64,000 nucleotides of DNA from positions 576,001 through 640,000 of the forward strand of contig JAYFMW010000017.1 in the NCBI GenBank assembly GCA_042408215.1, read 5' to 3'. Made by a program: the position numbers and the translations under genes. Of this stretch, positions 33,922 to 44,030 are shown one piece after another (positions within the stretch are counted from its first letter, which is position 1; each line of letters starts with the position of its first letter). The notes beneath the pieces are model-generated. The model was given only the letters and a program-made list of their open reading frames with translations, had not been told where the DNA came from and did not search any database. The DNA comes from Microcoleus sp. (GTDB lineage: Bacteria > Cyanobacteriota > Cyanobacteriia > Cyanobacteriales > Microcoleaceae).

Positions 33922-35067
33922 CTATAACCTTTTAATTTCCTCAATCACCCAGCCAAAAGTTTCGATAACTTGCTTGAGGGCCGATTCATCTTGTAAGGTA
34001 AACAAAGCCAAACTCGGCGACCTTCTTTCCCCTGGTTCCGTAGGTAGCGATAGCCCGATCGAACTTAGCTTATTTCTCAATTCCAGCCACTTTTCTTCCG
34101 CACTAAACGGAGGATGCGAACCGTAATTGTGAGCAGAAATCTCCATTTTGCCAGCAATATCAACGGTAAATAACTGATAGGGTTTTTTGCCTTTTCGATG
34201 CAAGTGAGCAGCAAAGCCTCCGTAGGTGTCCCCCGTACCCCACTGAATATCTATTTCCGGTGCTTGATTTTTCACCCAAACGTAAATTGATTTTGCCGTT
34301 TGCGCCTCTTCTGCGCCCCGTCTAGCCTTAAGTTCGGCAAAAAATGAAGATTCATCCCAGCGTCTTCTTTCGCGCGTTGCACTGGATTTTTTCTGCTGTG
34401 CTTCGGCGGTCTGACCGATGACTCTGGGAACCAAAGTTCTGAGGCCATCTTCACTTACATATTGCTTAATTTCCAGGGCGAAAACTTCAACTGGGTCCAT
34501 CTGTTCGTTGAGAAATTCCACCACCCGGCGCATTTCAGCGGAAATCTCGTCAGCTACAAAAACTAAGCGAATTTTACCAGCTTGTAAATTAGTTTTAACT
34601 TTCTGCCAAAACTGGTCTTCATTAGCATCCGCACCGAGAAAATCTTCAAAAATCTGTTCGGGATCGCGGCCCCGATCGCGACAATTAGCTTCAAACAGAG
34701 CAATAATTGAATCGATCGGCCAATAAACTACAGCATTAGCAGCATAGTCGATCGACTGACCTAAAACTTTTTGTCGGAGAGCAGCATTAGGAGTGCGTCT
34801 GACATCCACCAAAGTAGGAATTGCATTTTGGTCGAGAAACAAATGATCCAGGGACCACTGGACGGCTGTTTCCTCATCGTTAGCCACTGTCGCTTCCCGC
34901 GAAATTAACAGCCACTTCCGGGCTGTGGCCCGATCTATTTGGTCTCCCGCGATCAGATTCGGATAAGTTACAAGCAAGTCTTGTAACTGATCTTCCGAGT
35001 CGTAGGGCTGTTCCATCATTTCCACCAGCCTGTCGTCGTCCTGAATCAGATAAATACCTCCAGCCAT
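33922..35067 (-). CDS. NucS/PD-(D/E)xK-fold domain protein
   Basis: Y.SEDQLQ.L, SLDHLFLDQNAIPTLVDVRR, GQ.IDYA motifs. Confidence 0.65.
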   Translation of the reverse strand: MAGGIYLIQDDDRLVEMMEQPYDSEDQLQDLLVTYPNLIAGDQIDRATARKWLLISREATVANDEETAVQWSLDHLFLDQNAIPTLVDVRRTPNAALRQKVLGQSIDYAANAVVYWPIDSIIALFEANCRDRGRDPEQIFEDFLGADANEDQFWQKVKTNLQAGKIRLVFVADEISAEMRRVVEFLNEQMDPVEVFALEIKQYVSEDGLRTLVPRVIGQTAEAQQKKSSATRERRRWDESSFFAELKARRGAEEAQTAKSIYVWVKNQAPEIDIQWGTGDTYGGFAAHLHRKGKKPYQLFTVDIAGKMEISAHNYGSHPPFSAEEKWLELRNKLSSIGLSLPTEPGERRSPSLALFTLQDESALKQVIETFGWVIEEIKRL

Positions 35068-35156
35068 ACAAATCCACCTACTTAATTTTAGATTTTCGAT
35101 TTTCGATTTTAGATTTGATCCTTAGTTATTAGTCCTCAGTCTTCAGTTCCCAGCCA

Positions 35157-35228
35157 ATGACTAATAACTAATAACTAATGACTAATGACTAATAACTAAT
35201 AACTAATGACTAACGACTACTGACTAAT
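35157..35228. repeat. STRR heptamers (ACTAATA/ACTAATG)n
   Basis: Direct reading. Confidence 0.85.
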
Positions 35229-36056
35229 ACCAGTAAATACTCGTTGTGCCGGCCCGGTCATGTAAATCCGCTGGGAGACTTCTGACCATTCGATTTGCAA
35301 AACGCCACCGGGGAGCTCAACCGCAGTTGTCCGATCGCACTTACCGGTCAACACCCCAGCCACCACAGTCGCACAAGCACCAGTCCCACAAGCTAGAGTA
35401 ACACCAGCGCCTCTTTCCCACACCCGCATTTTTACATAGTCCGAACGTATCACTTGAATAAATTCTGTATTTGTACGCTGGGGGAATGCTGGGTGGTGTT
35501 CAAATTGAGGCCCGACAGTTTCTAAATCAATAGCCGAAACATCATCTACAAAAGTAATGCAGTGAGGATTACCCATACTGACACAAGTAACAGACCAAGA
35601 TTTATCGGCTACGGCGATCGCCACATCTATAACTTTGGCATCTGGTGGGGCCAAAGTTGTCGGAATTTCCGCAGCCAGCAGTCGGGGAACTCCCATATCG
35701 ACTTTAACCTGACCATCCGATCGCAATTCCGGGCTAATCACACCAGCAGCGGTATGAATCCGGTAGAGAGTTTTCGCCTCTGAACCTTCCAAATCGGCGA
35801 TAAACTTAGCCAAACAGCGAATTCCATTGCCGCACATTTCCGGTTCCGAACCGTCGGAGTTAAAAATCCGCATCGTATAGTCAGTGCCATTTTGCCCAGC
35901 CAGAGCAAAAATTACGCCATCTGCACCGATGCCAAAATGTCGATCGCACAACACCACAGCCTGTTCTGGTGTTACCACAGGTTCACAGGAGTGGCGGTTA
36001 TCAACCAGAATAAAATCATTGCCCAGTCCGTGATACTTAGTAAACTCGATCGGCAT
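35217..36056 (-). CDS. dapF: Diaminopimelate epimerase
   Basis: [35 protein letters not shown]. Confidence 0.97.
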   Translation of the reverse strand: MPIEFTKYHGLGNDFILVDNRHSCEPVVTPEQAVVLCDRHFGIGADGVIFALAGQNGTDYTMRIFNSDGSEPEMCGNGIRCLAKFIADLEGSEAKTLYRIHTAAGVISPELRSDGQVKVDMGVPRLLAAEIPTTLAPPDAKVIDVAIAVADKSWSVTCVSMGNPHCITFVDDVSAIDLETVGPQFEHHPAFPQRTNTEFIQVIRSDYVKMRVWERGAGVTLACGTGACATVVAGVLTGKCDRTTAVELPGGVLQIEWSEVSQRIYMTGPAQRVFTGISQ

Positions 36057-36066
36057 AAAACCCCTC

Positions 36067-36258
36067 TGTTGATAGTTGACAGTTGACAGTTGACAGTTGA
36101 TAGTTGTTAGTTGTTAGTTGTCAGTTGGCAGTTGTCAGTTGGCAGTTGACAGTTGACAGTTGACAGTTGACAGTTGATAGCGAAAAAATTACCAATGACT
36201 ACTGACTAATGACCAATAACTACTGACTAATGACTACTGACCAATGACTAATGACTAA
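36067..36258. repeat. STRR heptamer blocks (GTTGACA)n and (ACTAATG)n
   Basis: Direct reading. Confidence 0.85.
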
Positions 36259-36275
36259 ATTACCCATTTCCTAGT

Positions 36276-36488
36276 ATGTCTGAATTTGAGACCGGATTGC
36301 CCAGCACTCGCCTAATACAAAGCTACATCAAAGAAAAACAACAGGTAGAACTAAAACTCCTTACCAACGACTTGCTAGTGGGCCGAATTTTTTGGCAGGA
36401 CAATAACTGCATTTGCGTCCTCGATCCCTCAGAAAAACAAATTCTGATTTCGCGACAAGCCATTGCTTATATCAAAAGCAACGGGTGA
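36276..36488 (+). CDS. hfq: Cyanobacterial Hfq-like protein
   Basis: FETGLPSTRLIQ..IK..VELKL.T.D...G...WQD...I.R.AIAYIK; position beside dapF. Confidence 0.9.
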   Translation: MSEFETGLPSTRLIQSYIKEKQQVELKLLTNDLLVGRIFWQDNNCICVLDPSEKQILISRQAIAYIKSNG

Positions 36489-36735
36489 GAGTGGGAGAGA
36501 CTGAGAGTGGGAGAGACTGAGAGTGCCGTTGGTGTCAACTTAAGACTAAAACCCTCTGTCTCTCTCGCTTGTAGCCGAGTCTCGATCCCCCTCGCATCCC
36601 CCTTAAGAAGGGGGACTGAATGCTCTTCCCCTTTTTAAAGGGGAGCTAGGGGGGAACGAGATCCCCTCTTCCTTCTTCCTTCAATCCGTTACATCCGTTA
36701 CATCCGTTACAGAATCCGTTGCCGAACTTCCCTCC

Positions 36736-39051
36736 CTAATCGCTAAACAGCTTTTCGCTCACCGGCGCGGTGACAAAAGGCAGTTTCGCTACAGGTTGCA
36801 GAACCGGCGGGGAAGCCGTCCGCTGCATTAAGCCGAGTTCGTAGAAGCCACCGCAGAGCAACAAGCGATCGCCCTCTTGCAAATCGGTACTTCCATCCGG
36901 CCACCGAGTAAACTTCCCTTCCCGCCGGAGCGCCCGCACCTGCACCCCGTACTGACTCAGCAACTCCACCTCCGACAGTTTTTGGCCCGCCCAAGGACTG
37001 TTTGCTGGCAATCTCAGCCACTGACAAGAACTGTCGCCGGGGGGCACGCCAATTTCCCCCTTCGCCAGCAACTCAAAACTCACGAGTTCTTCGGGATCTC
37101 CGACTACCAACACGCGATCGCCCGACTCCAAAGCTGTCTTACCATTGGGATAGTCAATTTCCTCGCCCTCTTTACGGACGATCGCCATAACGCTGACCCC
37201 TGTCAACTGTCGCAAGTTAGTTTCTTCCAGAGTCATGCTGGCGATCGGAGAACCCTCCGGTAGATTGTACCAATCGCTATTCATATCTCGAACAGCCACT
37301 TTCAAAGCCCGCGAAATAGCCGCATTTCCTCGCGCCGGCCGCAATTCCAGATAGCGGCTGCTGCGAATTTGCTGGACTTCCCGCCCAATAGCCATTGGCG
37401 ACAAACCCATACCAGCCAGCAAGTGAGATGATAGTTCTAAACTAGCCTCGAACTCAGGCTGAACGACTTCCCAAGCCCCCAGTTGGTAAAGCAATTCGAT
37501 ATCTTTATCTTGAGTCGCCCGCACGACAACATCTAAATCCGGGACTAATTCCAAAGCTCGCTTGAGACACAAGCGAGTGCTCATGGGATCGGGAAGGGCG
37601 ATCGCCATTGCTTTTGCTCGTTCCACCCCCGCAGCTTCCAATACGTGCCAACTGGCCGCATTACCATAAATATAGGGAATTCCCTGGGTTCTACACTCTT
37701 GAATTCTGCTTTCCGACTCGTCAATTACCACAACTGAACAGTTGCGACTTTGCAGCATTTTGACTAAATTTCGGCCAACTCGCCCGTAGCCACAAATCAC
37801 AATATGATTTTGCTCCGGCAAAGTTTCAGCTATTTCGACAGGTTGAGATGTTTCGTCAAAATAGCGCTGAATTGGCCCAAAGTTTTCCGCCCAATTCAAC
37901 AACTGCGGCACGCTTCTCAATACAAACGGTGTCAGCACCAGAGTAACTGCTGTTGTTCCCAAAATTAACAGGTAAACGTTTCGCGAAACCAGTCCTAATG
38001 CTTGACCGGAACTGGCGAGAACAAAGGAGAATTCTCCAATTTGAGCTAAGCCCAAACCTGCGATTAATGCTGTTTTTAGTGGATAGCCAAACAGTCGGAC
38101 GATCGGCGTTACGATCGAGAATTTGCCAACAAATACTAAAAATACCAGTCCCAGGATTAATTCTAAATGGTTCCAGAGAAACACCGGGTCAATTAACATT
38201 CCGATGGTGACAAAAAATAGGGATGCAAAAATATCTCGCAAAGGCTCAACATAAGTTAGAGTTTGGTCAGCGTATTCCACCTCCGAAATCATTAAACCCG
38301 CCACAAATGCGCCCATCTCGATGGAGAAACCCAAATATTCAGTCAGCAGCGCAATCCCCAAAGCCAAAACCACAACTCCCAGCAAGAACAGTTCCCGACT
38401 CTCTGTTCTAGCCAGATAGCGCAGCAACTGCGGTACAACCCAAATTCCCGCAACTACAGCACCCGCAGCAAATAAACTAATCCGCAGCAGGGCTAAGGCG
38501 ATCGTCATACCAATGGCTTCTACCGGCTGATTGAGGGCCGGCAAAACAGCTAGCATGAGCCCCAATGCTAAATCCTGAACTACCAATATTCCCAGCATCA
38601 CTTGACCGTGGGAAGTACCCCCTTCATTGCGTTCCATCAAGCACTTCAGTACCACTGCGGTGGAGGAAAGCGACAGAATTGCTCCTAAAAACACGCCTTG
38701 GGGCGGTGATTCTACCCAGCCCATAGCCAAGGAAGTGAAAGTAGTAATGGCGATCGTCAGGACAATTTGCAAGCCCCCACCGCCCAGACTAATTGCTTTC
38801 ACTTTCTGGAGTTCGGCGAAAGAAAATTCCACTCCCAGAGCAAATAACAGAAAAGCAACACCGAATTCAGCCAGGGTGTCTACCTGAATTAATTCTTTAA
38901 TCAGTCCCAAACCAGCAGGCCCAACCACCATCCCTCCCAGGAGATAGCCGAGAATTACCGGCTGTCGCAAAAGCGATGCGAACAGTCCTCCTGCTGCGGC
39001 AGCAGCGAGAACTAGAACTAAGTCAACGATCAGTCGGAAGTCTTCTTGCAC
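36736..39051 (-). CDS. CPA2 cation:proton antiporter with TrkA-N and TrkA-C domains (KefB/C-like)
   Basis: LSSTAVV, VQDL, QIGEFSFVL, ICGYGRVG; GTG start at VQEDFRL inferred. Confidence 0.9.
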   Translation of the reverse strand: MQEDFRLIVDLVLVLAAAAAGGLFASLLRQPVILGYLLGGMVVGPAGLGLIKELIQVDTLAEFGVAFLLFALGVEFSFAELQKVKAISLGGGGLQIVLTIAITTFTSLAMGWVESPPQGVFLGAILSLSSTAVVLKCLMERNEGGTSHGQVMLGILVVQDLALGLMLAVLPALNQPVEAIGMTIALALLRISLFAAGAVVAGIWVVPQLLRYLARTESRELFLLGVVVLALGIALLTEYLGFSIEMGAFVAGLMISEVEYADQTLTYVEPLRDIFASLFFVTIGMLIDPVFLWNHLELILGLVFLVFVGKFSIVTPIVRLFGYPLKTALIAGLGLAQIGEFSFVLASSGQALGLVSRNVYLLILGTTAVTLVLTPFVLRSVPQLLNWAENFGPIQRYFDETSQPVEIAETLPEQNHIVICGYGRVGRNLVKMLQSRNCSVVVIDESESRIQECRTQGIPYIYGNAASWHVLEAAGVERAKAMAIALPDPMSTRLCLKRALELVPDLDVVVRATQDKDIELLYQLGAWEVVQPEFEASLELSSHLLAGMGLSPMAIGREVQQIRSSRYLELRPARGNAAISRALKVAVRDMNSDWYNLPEGSPIASMTLEETNLRQLTGVSVMAIVRKEGEEIDYPNGKTALESGDRVLVVGDPEELVSFELLAKGEIGVPPGDSSCQWLRLPANSPWAGQKLSEVELLSQYGVQVRALRREGKFTRWPDGSTDLQEGDRLLLCGGFYELGLMQRTASPPVLQPVAKLPFVTAPVSEKLFSD

Positions 39052-39340
39052 AACTTTATGAAAAAAGTGTAAAGTTATATTATAGTGTTTAATGTGTGGA
39101 CTGTGTTTGGCGCGTTGACGATAGTTAAGGAGCCAGCGGAACTGCAACTCTCGAACCAGGTATTTTTTGATGGTCAAGAGTTCAAATCCTCACAAAAAGC
39201 TTAACCTCTGGCAAGTTTATCGAGGCATTGCAGCTTTATTGGTGGTGCTATTTCATCTGAACCAGATGAGCATAGAAATGTTAAAACAAGTAACTTTTTT
39301 TAATCTGTTTGAAGGGGCGTAAAATCAATAATCTCATAAA

Positions 39341-40550
39341 GAATCAGAAACCGGGTTTTTTCCCAAAATATTTAATTCCAATCTTTAATCTCGGTGAAAA
39401 ACCCGGTTTCTTTAATCCCCGCGCGAGAATCAGAAACCGGGTTTTTTACCAAAATATTTAATTCCAATCTTTAATCTCGGTGAAAAACCCGGTTTCTTTA
39501 ATCCCCGCGCGAGAATCAGAAACCGGGTTTTTTACCAACTATTTACTTCAAACCTTAGATTTCGCGGAAAAACCCGGTTTCTTTAATCCCCGCGCGAGAA
39601 TCAGAAACCAGGTTTTTTACCAAAATATTTAATTCCAATCTTTAATCTCGGTGAAAAACCCGGTTTCTTTAATCCCCGCGCGAGAATCAGAAACCGGATT
39701 TTTTACCAAAATATTTAATTCCAATCTTTAATCTCGGTGAAAAACCCGGTTTCTTTAATCCCCGCGCGAGAATCAGAAACCGGGTTTTTTACCAAATATT
39801 TGGTTCTCACCTTTAATCTCGGTGAAAAACCCGGTTTCTTTAATCCCCGCGCGAGAATCAGAAACCGGGTTTTTTACCAACTATTTACTTCAAACCTTAG
39901 ATTTCGCGGAAAAACCCGGTTTCTTTAATCCCCGCGCGAGAATCAGAAACCGGGTTTTTTCCCAAAATATTTAATTCCAATCTTTAATCTCGGTGAAAAA
40001 CCCGGTTTCTTTAATCCCCGCGCGAGAATCAGAAACCGGGTTTTTTCCCAAAATATTTAATTCCAATCTTTAATCTCGGTGAAAAACCCGGTTTCTTTAA
40101 TCCCCGCGCGAGAATCAGAAACCGGGTTTTTTACCAAATATTTGGTTCTCACCTTTAATCTCGGTGAAAAACCCGGTTTCTTTAATCCCCGCGCGAGAAT
40201 CAGAAACCGGGTTTTTTACCAAAATATTTAATTCCAATCTTTAATCTCGGTGAAAAACCCGGTTTCTTTAATCCCCGCGCCCAAACCAGAAACCGGGTTT
40301 TTTCCCAAATATTTGGTTCTCACCTTTAATCTCGGTGAAAAACCCGGTTTCTTTAATCCCCGCGCGAGAATCAGAAACCGGGTTTTTTACCAAAATATTT
40401 AATTCCAATCTTTAATCTCGGTGAAAAACCCGGTTTCTTTAATCCCCGCGCGAGAATCAGAAACCGGGTTTTTTACCAAAATATTTAATTCCAATCTTTA
40501 ATCTCGGTGAAAAACCCGGTTTCTTTAATCCCCGCGCGAGAATCAGAAAC
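39341..40550. repeat. Tandem array of 14 x 85-86 bp hairpin units plus a partial unit
   Basis: Unit GAATCAGAAACCGGGTTTTTT-[loop]-AAAAACCCGGTTTCTTTAATCCCCGCGCGA; unit starts 39341, 39427, 39513, 39598, 39684, 39770, 39855, 39940, 40026, 40112, 40197, 40283, 40368, 40454. Confidence 0.95.
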
Positions 40551-43500
40551 TACCCAGAAACCAGAGCTACGCGAAAATCGAAGAACGAGCCGCGGAGGCC
40601 CGCCGAAACCCTGCTACGAAGGGCACTGTGACAAAGGACTGCAACGTTGAGCCAGGAACCACCACGCAGCACACGGCGATCGTCTGTACCAGTTTCCCAA
40701 GAACTTCCGTCAGTCGGTGCGCCATTGTAGTTATCATGCCAGCGATCGCTACACCATTCCCAAACATTGCCGTGCATATCATAAAGTCCAAACGCATTCG
40801 GCGGAAAACTCCCCACATCCGTTGTTTGTTGGCGGTAAAGTCCCGATTGTGCAGAACCGTAGGGATAATTGCCGTCATAATTAACTAAATCCGGGGTAAT
40901 TGTTTCGCCAAAATGGAAAAGTGTTGACGTTCGGGCGCGACAAGCATATTCCCATTCCGCTTCCGCAGGTAAGCGATAAGTCTTGCCTGTTTTTTGAGAA
41001 AGTTTCTGGCAGAATTTCACAGCATCATCCCAGCTTACTTGTTCTACAGGACGTTTCGCGCCTTTAAACTCAGAAGGGTTATTTCCCATCACCGCTTCCC
41101 ACTGTTCTTGAGTAATGGGATATTTGCCCAGATAAAAAGGTTTAACAGTTACTTGGCGTAGCGGTTGTTCCGAACTAGATTCAGATGAACCCATCTGGAA
41201 TGTACCACCGGGAATATAAACCATTTCCAAATTCACCCAATTGCCCAATTTTTCGACTTTTTGACTGGCCTTTCCAGGTTGGCGACTAACTTCTTGCCCT
41301 CGATTGTTAACTGTAATAATCTCGAAATGGAATTCTTTAACCTTAGCTTCCTCTTCAGCGTCGCGTTGGCGTTCCTTTTCTAATTTCCGCTGACGTTCTT
41401 GTTCATCACGACGTTGCTGTTCCTCCTCTTCTAATTTCCGCTGACGTTCTTGTTCATCACGACGTTGCTGTTCCTCTTCTTCTAATTTCCGCTGACGTTC
41501 TTGTTCATCACGACGTTGCTGTTCCTCCTCTTCTAGTTTCCGCTGACGTTCTTGTTCAGCACGACGTTGCTGTTCCTCCTCTTCTAATCGCTGTTGGCGT
41601 TTTTTCTCATCCCAAACACCTTGAGCGACATCGCGGTTGTGTACGACTCCCGGCAAAATCGGATTAAGATTTAATGCTTGAGTGTAATCAGATATTGCCT
41701 GTTCGTAGGCTCCCAATTTGTAACAAGCATTGCCTCGATTGTTCCAAGCATCAGCATGATTGGGTTCTAGCCGCAAAACTTGAGTGTAATCTTCAATAGC
41801 AGCTCGATACTGCTCCAACTTAGCATAGGCAAATCCCCGATTGAAATTAGCATTTGCCAAATTAGCATTGAGTTGAAGGACTTGATTGAAATCAACAATC
41901 GCTGCTGCATATTTTTCCTCTTGGCAGCGCCTAATAGCTCGCTTGTAACAAGATTCAATCACACTCAGTTGGTGACTTTTGCCAACAGCAGCAAAACAGC
42001 TATTCAGTTTTCCAACATATTTCAAATCATCGATTGTCAAAACCGCATCCAAGGCATCTAGGATTTCCTTGTTTCCTGACGGTACCGACAAACCGCGCAA
42101 TTTTAGCCAAGCTTTTACCGACTCAAAAATTTGCGCTGTGGCCCAACGCTGATCGGGCAAATCCAGCAAACCTTCAGCTAAATCTAACTTAAGTTCAGGA
42201 ATCCATGCCGATTCAGATTCTGCAATCACATTATACAACATGTCGTAGAAATTAATCGCTATTTCTACTAATTGTTCCTGTTCCTCTGAGGGAATATCTT
42301 GCAGCAAATCAGGGAGTAACTGAGGCAATAGGGGCCGCTGCCGAACTTCCGGGGAGACGTGCAGGAAAAAGTATTCATCGGCCAGCAATCCGGCAATTAA
42401 ACAGTGACAAATACCGATAAACTGCTGAAATCTTTGATAATCTTTCTTGTGAATGCTGTAGGGACGTGGGATTTCTGCGGGATCGGTTCCAATTGCTTCG
42501 CACTTCCGTTCTTTCTCAATGATTTTTAGGTTGTGCAAGAAACTATTAACAGCTTCAGTGCCATAAAGTTCATCAAATTCTTCAACACTATTGCCCTCAG
42601 CAATGTAGGCAACCCGCTGAGCTTGCCACTGCAATGCCCTGTCTTTAGCGAAATCAAACAGTACCTCTCGCCAAGGTAGCATAGGAATAGGTGATTTGTA
42701 GCGGTAAGTTGCCCAATTTAAACCCCAATAACCAAAACTGAGGTTAAAAATATCGCCTTCGGCAGCGGATTCTAAAATTAATGTCGGCTCAGTTTTTAAG
42801 CCGCGAAACATTGATTGTGTTGCTGCTTGACTGTGAAAAAGCTTACTTGTCCAAGCACCTGATAAGAATTCCACAGGTCGTCCTTGGGTTAAATATTTTT
42901 CAAAGAATTGTTGCAGGTAAATTCCCAGAGTTTTTTCCATCTCTGGAAAGCCTTTTGCGGCATCATTTCCATCCCCAGAACGGTCAAATTGCAAAGTAGG
43001 TGGCGATAGGAAAACTCGCAGGGGAATAGGATTTTGAGCCGGATTAGATTTAACAATATCTTCGGCAATCAACCAAATGGGAGAGTTGCCTTGTCTTTTC
43101 TGTTCTTGAATGGCTTCAATGGCAGTTTTTCTGTCATAAATTCGGAGTTCGCGGGCCTGTTGAGCCTCGATGTTTTTTAGTTGTAATTGCAGTTCTTTTT
43201 GCTGTTCGATGCACCATTTTTGCAGGTGCGATCTCAAGATTTCTAATTCTATTTGGTGTTCGCGGCTGAGTTGATTTTCCTTGGCTTGAAATTCGCGGTT
43301 GAGTTTTGCAATTTGTTCTTGTAGTTGGCGGTTTAGCAGTCCTTCTTGGGTTTGGGATTCGCGGTTGAGTCTTGCTAATTCTGACTGTAAGGAGCGGTTT
43401 AGATGGCCTTCTTCGGCTTTAAATTCGAGGTTAGCTTGTCGTTGAAATTCTTGTAATACGAGTTCTTTTTTGCGGATTTCTTGCCAGCTTGCTTCGATTT

Positions 43501-43648
43501 CATTGTTGGTTTGTAGTGTTAAGTCTGTGTTTCTGGCTTGAGTTTCGGAAATGCGATCGGCATTATAAACTGTAGGCAGGAATGCAGCTTTTATAAGATT
43601 ACCCGCTTTGGCTCCCCATCCTTCGTTTCCTGGTAGTGCTTTTGTCAT
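40550..43648 (-). CDS. Coiled-coil + TPR + FGE-sulfatase (CLec-fold) protein; putative DGR target
   Basis: TPRs (NRGFAYAKLEQY..AIEDY), FGE motifs IPGGTFQMGS, RLP.EAEWEYACRA, NAFGLYDMHGNVWEWC, RVLRGGSW...FRV. Confidence 0.9.
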   Translation of the reverse strand: MTKALPGNEGWGAKAGNLIKAAFLPTVYNADRISETQARNTDLTLQTNNEIEASWQEIRKKELVLQEFQRQANLEFKAEEGHLNRSLQSELARLNRESQTQEGLLNRQLQEQIAKLNREFQAKENQLSREHQIELEILRSHLQKWCIEQQKELQLQLKNIEAQQARELRIYDRKTAIEAIQEQKRQGNSPIWLIAEDIVKSNPAQNPIPLRVFLSPPTLQFDRSGDGNDAAKGFPEMEKTLGIYLQQFFEKYLTQGRPVEFLSGAWTSKLFHSQAATQSMFRGLKTEPTLILESAAEGDIFNLSFGYWGLNWATYRYKSPIPMLPWREVLFDFAKDRALQWQAQRVAYIAEGNSVEEFDELYGTEAVNSFLHNLKIIEKERKCEAIGTDPAEIPRPYSIHKKDYQRFQQFIGICHCLIAGLLADEYFFLHVSPEVRQRPLLPQLLPDLLQDIPSEEQEQLVEIAINFYDMLYNVIAESESAWIPELKLDLAEGLLDLPDQRWATAQIFESVKAWLKLRGLSVPSGNKEILDALDAVLTIDDLKYVGKLNSCFAAVGKSHQLSVIESCYKRAIRRCQEEKYAAAIVDFNQVLQLNANLANANFNRGFAYAKLEQYRAAIEDYTQVLRLEPNHADAWNNRGNACYKLGAYEQAISDYTQALNLNPILPGVVHNRDVAQGVWDEKKRQQRLEEEEQQRRAEQERQRKLEEEEQQRRDEQERQRKLEEEEQQRRDEQERQRKLEEEEQQRRDEQERQRKLEKERQRDAEEEAKVKEFHFEIITVNNRGQEVSRQPGKASQKVEKLGNWVNLEMVYIPGGTFQMGSSESSSEQPLRQVTVKPFYLGKYPITQEQWEAVMGNNPSEFKGAKRPVEQVSWDDAVKFCQKLSQKTGKTYRLPAEAEWEYACRARTSTLFHFGETITPDLVNYDGNYPYGSAQSGLYRQQTTDVGSFPPNAFGLYDMHGNVWEWCSDRWHDNYNGAPTDGSSWETGTDDRRVLRGGSWLNVAVLCHSALRSRVSAGLRGSFFDFRVALVSG
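41380..41586 (-). repeat. Intragenic 51-bp repeat x4 (EEEEQQRRDEQERQRKL)
   Basis: Direct reading of DNA and protein. Confidence 0.9.
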
Positions 43649-44030
43649 TTTTGTGTTCCTTTGGGTATGTGAATGTGTAAGTCTTAGTCAATCAAGCTGT
43701 GGGGAAAGTTCAGCAATAACCCTTTCTGTGAAGCCCAGACAAGGGGATGCAGAGCCTCTAGATCTGGATTTCCAGGCTCTGACTGGGAACCAGTTAAAGG
43801 GCTTTTTTGTGGGTGGGGCGGGTTTATTTAACCTGTCTGCACCCTTTAAAGCTTTTGGTAAACCTGTCCCTACAGGCTTTTTAGAATGGTACAAGATATG
43901 AGTTAAAACCGACTAAAAATTTGGGATAAAAAGGTTTTTAGTCCTCATAGCGAAGACTTTCGCTATGAGGGGTTTTAACCCCAGGTGGTCATTGCCACTG
44001 GTCAAGTATTCCTGAAACTTGTTTTTTTCC

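Noticed and set aside
33744..33935. Small ORFs with PMPYALC repeats (also LLPSAFC at 53907-54098 and 39737-39928)
   Set aside because: Translations of STRR or tandem repeats.
39052..39177. N-terminal extensions given by the ORF track (antiporter; also thf1, ComFB, M23, psbO)
   Set aside because: Family-typical N-termini begin at downstream ATG/GTG codons.
39341..40550. CRISPR array
   Set aside because: The spacer-like loops recur (only three types, two of them related), no cas genes are present, and solo copies of the unit occur elsewhere.
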